From NCBI RefSeq assembly GCF_000011805.1, contig NC_006841.2: a stretch of 32,000 bases of DNA, one strand, 5' to 3'. The translations under genes and the position numbers were made by a program. This document shows, piece by piece, positions 17,847-27,562 of the stretch (positions are counted from its first letter, which is position 1; the number at the start of each line of letters is the position of its first letter). Under the pieces are notes generated by a model that was not told where the DNA came from, ran no database searches, and saw nothing but the letters and a program-made list of their open reading frames with translations. Origin of the DNA: Aliivibrio fischeri ES114 (lineage in GTDB: Bacteria; Pseudomonadota; Gammaproteobacteria; Enterobacterales; Vibrionaceae).

Positions 17847-18632
17847 TTACAATAATTGACACATTGCATATAAGATCAAAGCTTGAAGTCCTTTAGGTTG
17901 CCTTGTATGTACCAATCTTTGACTGAAATCCTCAGATAATAAACTCCGCGTTAAATACGTCGCAGCCATGATCATCTCTTTGGTTGGCTTTTCAGGAAGC
18001 ACCAAAGCAATAATGACATTCACATCCCCCATTTTGGATGCCCAATCAACTGGGTAATCACTGCGAATAATGGCGATTGTCGGTTTTTCTACATAAGGGG
18101 AAATAACATGTGGTAGCGCGATCTGTTTTGCCATTGCAGTCGATGAACGCTCTTCACGCTTTATCAATGCAAGCAATAGCTCATCAGATTCTTTTGGATA
18201 AATAAGTTGAGACAAACCTTTTAGGATTTCAAACTTAGACAGTACGGCTTGCGCTTTTACGTAGTGGAAATCCACCTCACACTGAGGGGTTAATTGAGGG
18301 TAAGTATTGGTAATGGTTTCTGAGAAATCACACAATTTATCTGAAGCAACAAAATCAAACGTCGACGACAATAAATCCGTTAAAACAAAATTGGCCCACT
18401 CCGCATCCATACCCACGGTGATTAATTGACAAAAATCACCAGGACACAGACCTACTTGAAGTAACCCCAATGAACTTTCAGCGTTTGTGCTTCGATTTTG
18501 AGTAATATTATCGATATAAACCAAACTCTTAAACTTTTTAGCAAGACGGGTTAATTGACTTGCAACTTGAGGTGGCAAGCCCTGATCTTTTACAAAAAAA
18601 GTAATTCGGTAATCGATAGTATTAAGCTCCAT
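17847..18632 (-). CDS. Fusion protein: N-terminal HPr-like domain lacking the phospho-histidine, plus a C-terminal PTS EIIA (Fru/Mtl/Ntr type)
   Basis: aa 6-90 align along their length with HPr (GLPPQVASQL in place of GLHxRPAxxF; NAESSLGLLQVGLCPG; ITVGMDAE). The C-terminal EIIA keeps its active-site His (KQIALPHVISP). The start overlaps the EIIB stop (TAATG). Confidence 0.8.
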   Translation of the reverse strand: MELNTIDYRITFFVKDQGLPPQVASQLTRLAKKFKSLVYIDNITQNRSTNAESSLGLLQVGLCPGDFCQLITVGMDAEWANFVLTDLLSSTFDFVASDKLCDFSETITNTYPQLTPQCEVDFHYVKAQAVLSKFEILKGLSQLIYPKESDELLLALIKREERSSTAMAKQIALPHVISPYVEKPTIAIIRSDYPVDWASKMGDVNVIIALVLPEKPTKEMIMAATYLTRSLLSEDFSQRLVHTRQPKGLQALILYAMCQLL

Positions 18633-18931
18633 TAGAAAAGGTGTTTTTTCAGTATACCTTCAACATCCGTTAATATGGTTTCAATTGGGAATTGTTTTGA
18701 ATTAATTCCTAAAAAACGATTTTTATCTTCAATCTCGATATCCGATGCAATAATAACTAAATCAGCACTGACGATATCAACGGGTGTCAGTACATTTTCT
18801 ACCCCCATTGCACCTTGTGTTTCCACTTTAATTGAGACACCTAACTTTGCTGCCGCTTTTTTCAATACATCCGCAGCCATATAAGTATGTGCGATTCCTG
18901 TAGGACAAGCGGTAACTGCTACAATTTTCAT
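18632..18931 (-). CDS. Stand-alone PTS EIIB, fructose family
   Basis: 99 aa, MKIVAVTACPTGIAHTYMAADVLKKAAAKLGVSIKVETQG, with the active-site Cys in the CPTGIAHT motif. Confidence 0.9.
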   Translation of the reverse strand: MKIVAVTACPTGIAHTYMAADVLKKAAAKLGVSIKVETQGAMGVENVLTPVDIVSADLVIIASDIEIEDKNRFLGINSKQFPIETILTDVEGILKKHLF

Positions 18932-19021
18932 TATTAACTCTTTTCTTATTACAATTTAAATGTTCGATATATATCTGTTATTTATGATAAATTGCTTTAT
19001 ATAAATGAATAAGGATGAAAC

Positions 19022-19061
19022 TCACACTTTACCAATTAGGTTACAATAATCCAGTAAATGT
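19022..19061 (+). promoter_or_regulatory. Conserved promoter/operator element, copy 2, upstream of the EIIA-C-B permease gene
   Basis: TCACACTT-N10-GTTACAATAATCCAGTAAATGT. The 22-mer is identical to 14394-14415. It ends 74 nt before the ATG at 19136 and lies in the divergent intergenic region shared with the EIIB/HPr-like operon. Confidence 0.45.
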
Positions 19062-19135
19062 ATTTTTTATCCAGTTATAAAAACCCAAAGATCAACTAAA
19101 ATTACGCCCTATTACCGGTAGATAATGGAATTGTT

Positions 19136-21031
19136 ATGGATATCACCTCTCTTATAAACGCCAATGTTATCTGTTTAGACCTTACATCCACATCGAAAGA
19201 AGATATCCTTCAAGAGATGGTTCAAATTTTAGATGATGCCGGAAAACTCTCTAATAAAACGCAATTCTTATCCGATGTGTGGGCCCGCGAAGAGATAGGC
19301 AACACAGGTTTTGAGGATGGTATTGCTATTCCTCACGCAAAAAGCTCTGCCGTACTCACCCCTTCTGTCGCTATTGGGATCAGTCGCACTGGTATTGATT
19401 ATGGTGCTGAGGACGGTGAACCTTCTGATATCTTTTTTATGCTCGCTTCAACTGATGGTGATGATAATCAACACATTGAAGCCCTAGCACAGATCTCCAG
19501 TCGTTTGATTGAAGATGGTTTTACCAACAAGCTAAAAAAAGCCGACTCAAAAGAAGAAATACTCGACCTTTTTACGGATATTATTCAACCAAATACTGAA
19601 TCAACCGACATTGAAAATGCTCCATCTCAAATAGAGAAAAGTGAGTTAACGCGTAAACTAGGCCGCACCAAAGAACATTTATTATTTGGTACATCGCACA
19701 TGATCCCATTCATTGTTGCAGGTGGTGTATTACTTTCCTTATCTGTGATGATCTCAGGTCAAGGGGCCGTACCAACAGAAGGTATTTTGGCTGATATCGC
19801 TCAAATGGGCATCGCAGGGTTAACGCTATTTACTGCGGTATTGGGTGGTTATATCGCCTACTCTATTGCAGATAAACCGGGACTCGCTCCTGGCATGATA
19901 GGTTCATGGATTGCAGTTCAACAATACAATACCGGCTTTTTAGGAGCGATCATCATTGGATTCTTTGCAGGCTTTGTGGTTCGCAGTTTAAAGAAAATTA
20001 AACTGCCTGAAAGCATGGCTTCATTAGGCTCTATCTTTATTTATCCTCTTGTTGGTACCTTCCTCACTTGTGCAGCTGTAATGTGGGTGATTGGTGCTCC
20101 TATATCTAACGCCATGGCAGCGCTAAATGAATGGCTCGCTAGCATGGCAGGCTCAGGAAAAATCGCTTTAGGTGCAATTCTAGGTGCGATGGCCGCTTTT
20201 GATATGGGTGGACCAATTAATAAAGTAGCAACCTTATTTGCTCAAACCCAAGTGAACACTCAGCCATGGTTAATGGGCGGTGTTGGCATCGCTATTTGTA
20301 CTCCACCACTAGGAATGGCACTGGCGACGTTCTTATCTCCAAAGAAATTTAAACGTGATGAACGAGAAGCCGGTAAAGCGGCCGGAATTATGGGAATGAT
20401 AGGCATAACAGAAGGTGCGATTCCATTTGCTGCTGCCGATCCTGCTCGTGTTATCCCTGCGATTGTGGCTGGTGGCATTGTCGGTAATATTACCGGATTT
20501 GTATTTAATGTATTAAACCATGCTCCTTGGGGAGGATGGATTGTATTACCTGTTGTCGATGGCAAAATTGGCTACATTATAGGAACGCTTTTGGGTGCAT
20601 TCACCACTGCCGCTATTGTTATTTTACTTAAGAAAAACGCAGTAGAAGATGATGAACATACGCAACAAAAATTCACTTTTGAATCCGTTAAAAATGAAGG
20701 TGAAGCCGACGTATTAGCAGTCACGGCTTGCCCATCAGGAGTCGCTCATACTTTTCTTGCGGCTAAAAGTTTAGAAAAAGCGGCTCATAAACTCGGTATT
20801 AAAATCAAAGTAGAGACCCAAGGTGCTGATGGTATTAATAACCGTATTACCCCTCTTGATATAAAGAACGCAAAACTGGTCATTTTTGCTCATGATGTGG
20901 CAATCAAAGAACCCCTTCGTTTTAAAGGAATGCGGACACTGGATATTGCCACCAAAGATGCCATGTACAGTGCAGAGCAACTGCTCAATGATAATTTAAC
21001 GAAACATCACAAGCGTTTTTCAAAAGCGTAA
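19136..21031 (+). CDS. PTS fructose-family permease, permuted domain order EIIA-EIIC-EIIB
   Basis: The EIIA motif is GFEDGIAIPHAKS. The EIIC carries GGPINKVA and GITEGAIPFAA. The C-terminal EIIB motif is LAVTACPSGVAHTFLAAKSLEKAAHKLGIKIKVETQG. Confidence 0.9.
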   Translation: MDITSLINANVICLDLTSTSKEDILQEMVQILDDAGKLSNKTQFLSDVWAREEIGNTGFEDGIAIPHAKSSAVLTPSVAIGISRTGIDYGAEDGEPSDIFFMLASTDGDDNQHIEALAQISSRLIEDGFTNKLKKADSKEEILDLFTDIIQPNTESTDIENAPSQIEKSELTRKLGRTKEHLLFGTSHMIPFIVAGGVLLSLSVMISGQGAVPTEGILADIAQMGIAGLTLFTAVLGGYIAYSIADKPGLAPGMIGSWIAVQQYNTGFLGAIIIGFFAGFVVRSLKKIKLPESMASLGSIFIYPLVGTFLTCAAVMWVIGAPISNAMAALNEWLASMAGSGKIALGAILGAMAAFDMGGPINKVATLFAQTQVNTQPWLMGGVGIAICTPPLGMALATFLSPKKFKRDEREAGKAAGIMGMIGITEGAIPFAAADPARVIPAIVAGGIVGNITGFVFNVLNHAPWGGWIVLPVVDGKIGYIIGTLLGAFTTAAIVILLKKNAVEDDEHTQQKFTFESVKNEGEADVLAVTACPSGVAHTFLAAKSLEKAAHKLGIKIKVETQGADGINNRITPLDIKNAKLVIFAHDVAIKEPLRFKGMRTLDIATKDAMYSAEQLLNDNLTKHHKRFSKA

Positions 21032-21036
21032 ACTCA

Positions 21037-21072
21037 GTCAGGGTTGATTGTAATATCTTAATCAACCCTGAC
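21037..21072. terminator. Perfect 13-bp hairpin between convergent genes (PTS permease and patatin gene)
   Basis: GTCAGGGTTGATT (21037-21049) pairs with AATCAACCCTGAC (21060-21072) around a 10-nt loop. There is no strong T tract on the plus strand and only a modest one on the minus strand, so terminator function is uncertain. Confidence 0.5.
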
Positions 21073-21098
21073 CTTAAAACCGTTAATCATCTCCACGC

Positions 21099-23390
21099 TT
21101 ATTCAACATTTCCAACAATCAGATACACAGAATCTAAACCATTTTCTGCTCGTCCATAAGACAGAATAATCGGCCCAATAGGCGTGTCTATTCCTCCAAA
21201 CAATGAACCAGAGAAAATAAGCGGTGCGGAGCTAATGTCTGTTGATTTCATTGACCATAAACCACCGTATTCTGCTGAAGCCCCCAAATAAACCGCTGTT
21301 TTAAACATGCCTAAATCATTCTCAAACCAACGGTATCGATAAGTTAAGCGACCATAAATTTTATTTGCACCAATCAAGCTATTTCGTGGCAAGCCTGATA
21401 AGTGATTAAACCCGCCAAGCTCAATCGGATTAACTGGAACCAAGTAATCATCACTGTTCGTTATGCCATATTCCGCACTACTAATGAAAGTGTGTCTTGC
21501 AATGCTTCTGGCAAATAGCGCTTCTGCTGTAAATTCATCAATGTATTGTTCTGAATGATCAGAGCCTTCTACATCACGGCTATTTACCTTATCGAACGCA
21601 TATAGGTAACGTGCATTTATTAACGAACCATGCGTTGGCAATGAAATACTGTCTAAACTATCAAAATTGTATTCGAGCGTTGCACCTAAGCGTTCATATT
21701 CCGTTCTTCCATACGCTGAAAGTCCGGTTAATTCATGGCTTCCTCTTGCATATAAGATCCCTGTTTTTAACTGCTGATCTTTTGTTGCTTCTACACCAAA
21801 CAAAGCATCGACGGTAAAATCTCGAAGATTAACAGGATAAAAGCTCATGCTGCTGTTTGGCTCTTTATCTTCTAAACTGCTTGTTGAAATTGAGCGTTTT
21901 TTATCGCTATACATCATGTTTGATTGCACAAAGAAATGATGATTCAGATAAAAAGGATAATGGATGGTCGCATCAAATATCTTATCTGTACCTAATTCAA
22001 CATTTGTACGTAATTCAGCACCATAATCGTTTAAATCGGTAAAATTAATTGAAGCACCAAGACCATATTGACTGTGCGTATCAAAATCCTCTTCTAAGAA
22101 AAAACGAAAATTTAAGTAATTGGGCCCCCACTCTTTCTCTTTAGCGGTCACTTTCAATACATTTTCATTGTTATCTTCTTCAACTAAATAAGTGATGGTT
22201 TCAAAACGATTAGTTGCATATAGAGCGTGAATTTTATCTTCAATATAATCACTGCTAAGCAATGTTCCTTGCTCAAACTGAATAAAACGCTCTAGTTTGT
22301 CGCTCTCATAATGACTTCGATTTTCAACTTCCACTTTATCAATGATTGCACCTTGAGCTAAACGAACGTTAGCTGATTGCTGCTTTATCTTGTTTTGGTA
22401 TTGAGCATATTCATTTGGAGCAACCGCTAAAGATTGCAGACGTGATTTCAGCGTCATTACAGTATCGTAACCCTCTTGATACGCTCTTGGCATGCTTGAG
22501 AAATCCGTCGTTTCAATATCACCAACACGAGGCTGCAATAAAATATCTTTATCTGTTAAAAATTCCGCTTGCTCTTGGGTACTGCGCTTAACCATAAAAT
22601 TAGTTAATTGAGATGCTACATCAAATAACGAGCCTATCTGCTCTTTAGTCATATAATTTGAGCTAATATCCACCGCGATGACAATATCCGCCCCCATCTC
22701 TTTTGCCAGTTCAACAGGCATATTATTGGTTACGCCACCATCGATAAGCAGCTTATCCTCAAACTCATAAGGTGGTAAGGCGCCGGGTACCGACATGCTT
22801 GCCATCATGGCATCAACTAAAAGACCATGGTCAATAACCACTTCTTCCATTGAAACAATATCAGTCGCAACTGAACGGTAGCGAATAGGGAAATCATCAA
22901 ACGATGCAACGGACACGGGATTACCAGATGTTTCACGTAAAATCTTAAGCATATTCTGTCCTTGAATCGCTGACTTTGGTGATTTTACTCCCTCTTTTCT
23001 GATTCCTAGCGATGGATTTATTGCAAATCTGTCTTCGTACTTTTTATCTCGACTATTTTTCTCTTCTCTGCCAACCTCATCTTGATAGCCACTGTACCAA
23101 TCTACGGTATGCAAATACGCTTCAATCTCAGAGGCCGATTTCCCTGTTGCATAAAGCCCACCGACATACGCCCCCATACTGGTTCCTGTAATAATATCTA
23201 TGGGTATATTTAACTCTTCAAGCGCTTTTAATACGCCAATGTGCGCCGCTCCTTTTGCACCACCACCAGCAAGTACCAAAGCAATTTTAGGGCGAGATGG
23301 TTCTTTTATTGGCTCTGCATATAAATACGGCGTAAAAAGAAATGTAGCTAAAAAAACAAACCATAAGTTCAAGCGAAAAACATGACGCAT
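21099..23390 (-). CDS. Patatin-like phospholipase fused to POTRA plus an Omp85-type beta-barrel (PlpD-like, type Vd secretion architecture)
   Basis: Signal peptide MRHVFRLNLWFVFLATFLFTPYLYA. Patatin motifs are present: GGGAKGAAHIGV, GTSMGA (GxSxG) and DGGVTNN. A POTRA-like segment and a long beta-rich C-terminus follow. The ORF track starts at 23417, but Met10 (23390) gives a canonical signal peptide. Confidence 0.85.
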   Translation of the reverse strand: MRHVFRLNLWFVFLATFLFTPYLYAEPIKEPSRPKIALVLAGGGAKGAAHIGVLKALEELNIPIDIITGTSMGAYVGGLYATGKSASEIEAYLHTVDWYSGYQDEVGREEKNSRDKKYEDRFAINPSLGIRKEGVKSPKSAIQGQNMLKILRETSGNPVSVASFDDFPIRYRSVATDIVSMEEVVIDHGLLVDAMMASMSVPGALPPYEFEDKLLIDGGVTNNMPVELAKEMGADIVIAVDISSNYMTKEQIGSLFDVASQLTNFMVKRSTQEQAEFLTDKDILLQPRVGDIETTDFSSMPRAYQEGYDTVMTLKSRLQSLAVAPNEYAQYQNKIKQQSANVRLAQGAIIDKVEVENRSHYESDKLERFIQFEQGTLLSSDYIEDKIHALYATNRFETITYLVEEDNNENVLKVTAKEKEWGPNYLNFRFFLEEDFDTHSQYGLGASINFTDLNDYGAELRTNVELGTDKIFDATIHYPFYLNHHFFVQSNMMYSDKKRSISTSSLEDKEPNSSMSFYPVNLRDFTVDALFGVEATKDQQLKTGILYARGSHELTGLSAYGRTEYERLGATLEYNFDSLDSISLPTHGSLINARYLYAFDKVNSRDVEGSDHSEQYIDEFTAEALFARSIARHTFISSAEYGITNSDDYLVPVNPIELGGFNHLSGLPRNSLIGANKIYGRLTYRYRWFENDLGMFKTAVYLGASAEYGGLWSMKSTDISSAPLIFSGSLFGGIDTPIGPIILSYGRAENGLDSVYLIVGNVE

Positions 23391-24119
23391 AATCACCATC
23401 CAGATAAGAATAATCATTAATTTTCATAAGAATATCAGGTTTAAAAAAGCAGAATTTGATCGGGGTAACGAAGTGATTAAGAGCTAAATTTATTAATATA
23501 AAAAACCTCCATCACTCGGCCAAAAAGTTACCACAATGTTAAACCAGAAGCTTGCTATCGCTAACTTAAATTTACATTTAGAATTTATACGCCTCTTATT
23601 CAATCAAAATAAAACGACTAACAAATCATGTCCTCTTACGATTAACGATCAATTATGAAACATAAGTTTTCACACTAAATTCAAAATAAACACAGATTCA
23701 CATTTGACATTAAAAAATCACCTCTTTTAAAAAGTCAAAATAACAACGAAAAACTGACTTTTATGTCAAAAAAACAGACACCTAACACATTGCAGTCGCA
23801 ATTCCAAGAATTACTTTAGAAGCAAGATCACAGTTTAAAAAACTCCTGATATCCTTAAAAATTCTTCTGGTTAGAATGCTCGAAAATTCAATTCAGCTAT
23901 TAATTTGATATTAATAAATGAATTTTGCGTGGTTCGATTCGAGGTTTTTGCCTAATTATAGTGGTTTGGGAATTAACCTTTTCGTAACAGAGTGAGCCCT
24001 TATTAAACGGCTCATTCAATCATAGGCAAGGAAGCGAGTGATGATGAAATCTATCCATCGCACACCTTTATAATTAATAAATTTATCTAGATAAGATAAA
24101 TAAAAAAGAAGAAAAAGCA

Positions 24120-27100
24120 GTGATAAAATTAAATAAAATAACAGCCGCTATTACTAGCGTCATGTTTAGCGGATATTTATACGCCGCTGATGCAAGTGCA
24201 ACTTCTAACGTTGTTACTTTTGTTCCTGGTGAAACAAAAGTTCAAAATGGAGATATGGTTTCTTTCAATGGCGACTGTTTTGTTGCTAAAAATAACCCAG
24301 GTGTTTGGGAATCTCCTACCGCTGATTCATGGTTCTGGGATGTTGCTGAATGTTCAGGTGAACCAAACCCAGGTCCGGGTCCAAATCCAGGACCAAACCC
24401 GACTCCAGATCCTGATTTAGGCGATATTATTCCGTTTATTCCAGGTAAAACTCAAGTTGAGAATGGCGATGTGGTTTCATACGAAAACCAATGTTTCATT
24501 GCTCAAAACAACCCAGGTGTTTGGGAAACGCCAAGCGCAAGTTCTTGGTTCTGGACGCTAACAGAATGTTCTGACGAACCTGTAAATCCTGAACCAGAAG
24601 TGACTGAGCTGTCTATCCTTGCTCCTATTGCTGGACAAGTGTTAACCGCTAACGAAGCTATCTCAATCAATGCACATGTTGATGGCAACTTAGCTGCTAA
24701 AGTTGAATTTTGGGCGAACAACACCAAGCTTGCTGAAAAAACAGTAAACCAAAACAACACTCAATACTCTCAAACTTGGACGCCAAGTGAAGAAGGTAAT
24801 GCGACGATTAACGTATTTGTTTTCGATAAAAATAACCAAAAGATCGAGCAAAAGTCAGTATCAGTTACTGTAAAAGCAGAAGTAACTGAAGATTTCGTTG
24901 CACCTGTAGTTAAATTTGTTACTCCAGCTAATGGTTCAACAATGAACGTTGCTGAGAGCCTTTCTATTTCTGTTAATGCAACAGATGCTGATAACGATTT
25001 AGCGACACTGATTGTTAAAGCAAACAACAAAGAAATCTGTTCATTTGACGCGGCGAATACAGACACATTTGCGTGTGACTGGCAACCAACTCAAGCTGGT
25101 AATGTAACTCTGAATGCTATCGCTACTGATGCACAAGATCTTTCTTCTACAGCAACAGTAAGAATCACTGTTGAAGAAGATGTGGTAGAGCCACCAGTAG
25201 AGCCGCCTGTAACTCCAGGTGACTTATGTAAAGACTTTAATGTTTATCCTGATTGGACTCGTGGTGATCACGCAACAGGTGGTGACATTATGGTTCATGA
25301 TAACATCGCTTACTCAGCAATCTACTGGACTAAAACCATTCCAGGTAGTGATGACTCATGGTCTCTTCATCTAAATTGTGATGGTACAGAACCGGGCACT
25401 GCTCCGCTTCTTTCTCTACCAAACCCAATGGATCCAGTACGTCTAGAAGTAGCTGGCTGGCCAAATACATTAGTTGTTGCAAGCCCTTCTACTTCAGCAC
25501 CAACGACATTAACGATCCAAGCAAGTAACAGTGCTGATCTAGCTGATTTCGATAAGCTAACAAGCACATTTGTATCTATCATTAATGCTGCTGCACAAGC
25601 GGGGTCAGCATCTATTATCATCAACTCCGATGTTCTTGATAAAGCGACTCGTGATAATGCGTTATCTTCAAGCAGTATTTCTGTTAAAGAAGCACTAACA
25701 CAAGCGATGGATATCACTGGCAATAAGATTGATATTGATGACATCAACGCTCTAAGCAATGATTTAAAAGGTTGGGCAAACGCTCATCACCTAATCATCT
25801 CTACTCTTGCGCCAGAAGCAAGTTACGGTTGGTCTCTAAGCATTGGTGACTTTGCTTTTGATACGCACTCAGGTAGACAATCTGTTTGGGATGAGGCGTC
25901 TAGTTTCTCTGCGGACTTACTGAATAAATTAGAGCTTTATAAAGCTGAACTAGCAACAAAAGCTGACTTTATTGCGTTCACAAAATCAAACACGACTGAA
26001 GCGTTATCAAGTGACCAATGGCACAATGCTTTGGAATACGTTAAGCAAGTTTCTGATTACGTGAAAACACCGGTAATGCTAAACAACATCCCAACAGATC
26101 AAGCTTCTGCTTACTTCATGGGTGACAAGTCTAGCAAACCACAAATCCGTAAAGCAGCATTCAGCAACGTGTTCGCAATTCTGTTTGATAAGAACACGGC
26201 AGAACTAACAGCTAAAATTGAACGCTACCAAGATGCTAAAATGCCACTGTACTACGTTGGTAAAACAACAGAAAACGGCAAACTAACGGTTATTGATGAA
26301 CTAAATAACCAATTAGCAAATGCTGAAGATGCAATGAACAACACTGCATTCTTGTATGAAACGCCTCAATCACAATGGATTCCGTCTACGGTTTACAAGT
26401 GGGCTGACTTCATGGAAGGCTTGAATGCAATGCATAACATTGGTGTTGCTGGTAACAAGTTCTGGCTATTAGATGAAAACGTTGATGATGCTACAAACAT
26501 CAAATATGCAAAAGTAGCGATTGCTGCGTTCCTAGCTCAAAGTATGCAAGAAACTATTCGTTACAATGCGTGTGATGAGAATAACTGGTCTGAAATCAAA
26601 TACGGTGCACCTGCTGATTACCCAATGTCTGCAAGCTGTGGTCAACTGGGTCAAAAATACGCAGATTACGGTGTTAACCCTATTTCAGGTTTAGATCACG
26701 CTTACTCTTGTCCTCGTGATGACAAAATGGAAGTAAGTGCCCTAACCCATGCGAAATGGTACGGTGCTCCAGCTCCTGTATTTGCTGCACCTGATGCTGT
26801 TCTTGAAGAGCGTGGTTTACTTGTAAACGGAAGTGTTGGTCGTTGGACAAACAACGGTCACTGTAATGATGTACCAACGGCTGTAGATACGTCTAAGCAA
26901 GTATGGGAACGTGATACATGTAAAACTTACGTTGATCAAAAAGCGGGTAGCTTTATTTGGGATGGCAGCAGCCAAGAAAGTGTTCAAGGTTGTGGCTGGT
27001 GGGGCCGTGGTGTAATTCAAACTACAGGTCGTCAAAACTTCGGTACACTTAACCACTACTTAGGCCGTTCACACGTTGATCCTGAGACAATTGGTAAAAC

Positions 27101-27479
27101 AATTGATGGTGTTGTTGTTGAAGCGCCACCAGAGAACCCGCTATACGCTGAACTGGATTTCTGTTCAAACCCAGGCTTAATTTGTAGCTCTGAAGAGAAC
27201 AAAGAAATCAAGTGGATTGCTGGTCTATTCTACTGGGTTACATCAGTACAAGCGTACCCTGATGAGTCTGGTCAATACGGTAACTGGAACTACCACAACG
27301 AGCTTAAGAAGTATGTTGATGGTGGAATGAAAGGTACTGAGTTTATCGATGATGTATCTGGTATCGTAAACCGTGGTTGTCCTGATTTAGTGTGTTCTAC
27401 TGGTGAAGTACATAACGTTAAAGAACGTCGTGCTAACTTTAAGCTGGTACTAGAGCAACTAGGCCTTAACCCACAATAA
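24120..27479 (+). CDS. Secreted multidomain chitinase: signal peptide, 2 N-terminal chitin-binding (CBM5/12-type) modules, Ig-like repeats, a third CBM5/12-like module, an unassigned ~330-aa module, and a C-terminal GH19 catalytic domain
   Basis: GTG start followed by signal peptide MIKLNKITAAITSVMFSGYLYAADA. Two repeats of the pattern GDxVSxxxxCFxAxNNPGVWExPxxxSWFW are separated by a PNPGPGPNPGPNPTPDPD linker. GH19 blocks are present: AAFLAQSMQETIRYNAC (Glu at codon 811) and GCGWWGRGVIQTTGRQNFGTLNHYLG. Confidence 0.9.
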   Translation: MIKLNKITAAITSVMFSGYLYAADASATSNVVTFVPGETKVQNGDMVSFNGDCFVAKNNPGVWESPTADSWFWDVAECSGEPNPGPGPNPGPNPTPDPDLGDIIPFIPGKTQVENGDVVSYENQCFIAQNNPGVWETPSASSWFWTLTECSDEPVNPEPEVTELSILAPIAGQVLTANEAISINAHVDGNLAAKVEFWANNTKLAEKTVNQNNTQYSQTWTPSEEGNATINVFVFDKNNQKIEQKSVSVTVKAEVTEDFVAPVVKFVTPANGSTMNVAESLSISVNATDADNDLATLIVKANNKEICSFDAANTDTFACDWQPTQAGNVTLNAIATDAQDLSSTATVRITVEEDVVEPPVEPPVTPGDLCKDFNVYPDWTRGDHATGGDIMVHDNIAYSAIYWTKTIPGSDDSWSLHLNCDGTEPGTAPLLSLPNPMDPVRLEVAGWPNTLVVASPSTSAPTTLTIQASNSADLADFDKLTSTFVSIINAAAQAGSASIIINSDVLDKATRDNALSSSSISVKEALTQAMDITGNKIDIDDINALSNDLKGWANAHHLIISTLAPEASYGWSLSIGDFAFDTHSGRQSVWDEASSFSADLLNKLELYKAELATKADFIAFTKSNTTEALSSDQWHNALEYVKQVSDYVKTPVMLNNIPTDQASAYFMGDKSSKPQIRKAAFSNVFAILFDKNTAELTAKIERYQDAKMPLYYVGKTTENGKLTVIDELNNQLANAEDAMNNTAFLYETPQSQWIPSTVYKWADFMEGLNAMHNIGVAGNKFWLLDENVDDATNIKYAKVAIAAFLAQSMQETIRYNACDENNWSEIKYGAPADYPMSASCGQLGQKYADYGVNPISGLDHAYSCPRDDKMEVSALTHAKWYGAPAPVFAAPDAVLEERGLLVNGSVGRWTNNGHCNDVPTAVDTSKQVWERDTCKTYVDQKAGSFIWDGSSQESVQGCGWWGRGVIQTTGRQNFGTLNHYLGRSHVDPETIGKTIDGVVVEAPPENPLYAELDFCSNPGLICSSEENKEIKWIAGLFYWVTSVQAYPDESGQYGNWNYHNELKKYVDGGMKGTEFIDDVSGIVNRGCPDLVCSTGEVHNVKERRANFKLVLEQLGLNPQ

Positions 27480-27527
27480 TTTGGTTAAGCTAACTAGGTA
27501 ATTAATTACCTAACACTGTTAAATGAA

Positions 27528-27562
27528 TAAGAACCCTGCTTTTCGAAGTGGGGTTCTTTTTT
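27528..27562 (+). terminator. Rho-independent terminator of the chitinase gene
   Basis: AAGAACCC (27528-27535) pairs with GGGTTCTT (27550-27557), running into a T7 tract. Confidence 0.75.

Noticed and set aside
10594-23385. Assorted short ORFs nested in other genes (10594-10785, 12798-13064, 15727-15933, 18675-18884, 20260-20565, 20771-20980, 21611-21817, 21857-22042, 23200-23385)
   Set aside because: Each lies wholly within, and opposite to, a well-supported CDS, so they are shadow ORFs. The same applies to 31241-31432 and 31473-31682 near the window end.
24041-24073. 10-codon uORF (MMKSIHRTPL) with AAGGAAG upstream, 47 nt before the chitinase start
   Set aside because: It is too short to distinguish from chance, and I could not identify an attenuator-type alternative structure linking it to the chitinase start.
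24190-27056. Alternative-frame and antisense ORFs (65-130 aa) within the chitinase gene
   Set aside because: They are nested in a CDS with clear CBM and GH19 motifs. Their translations are low-complexity, with no start-site signals.
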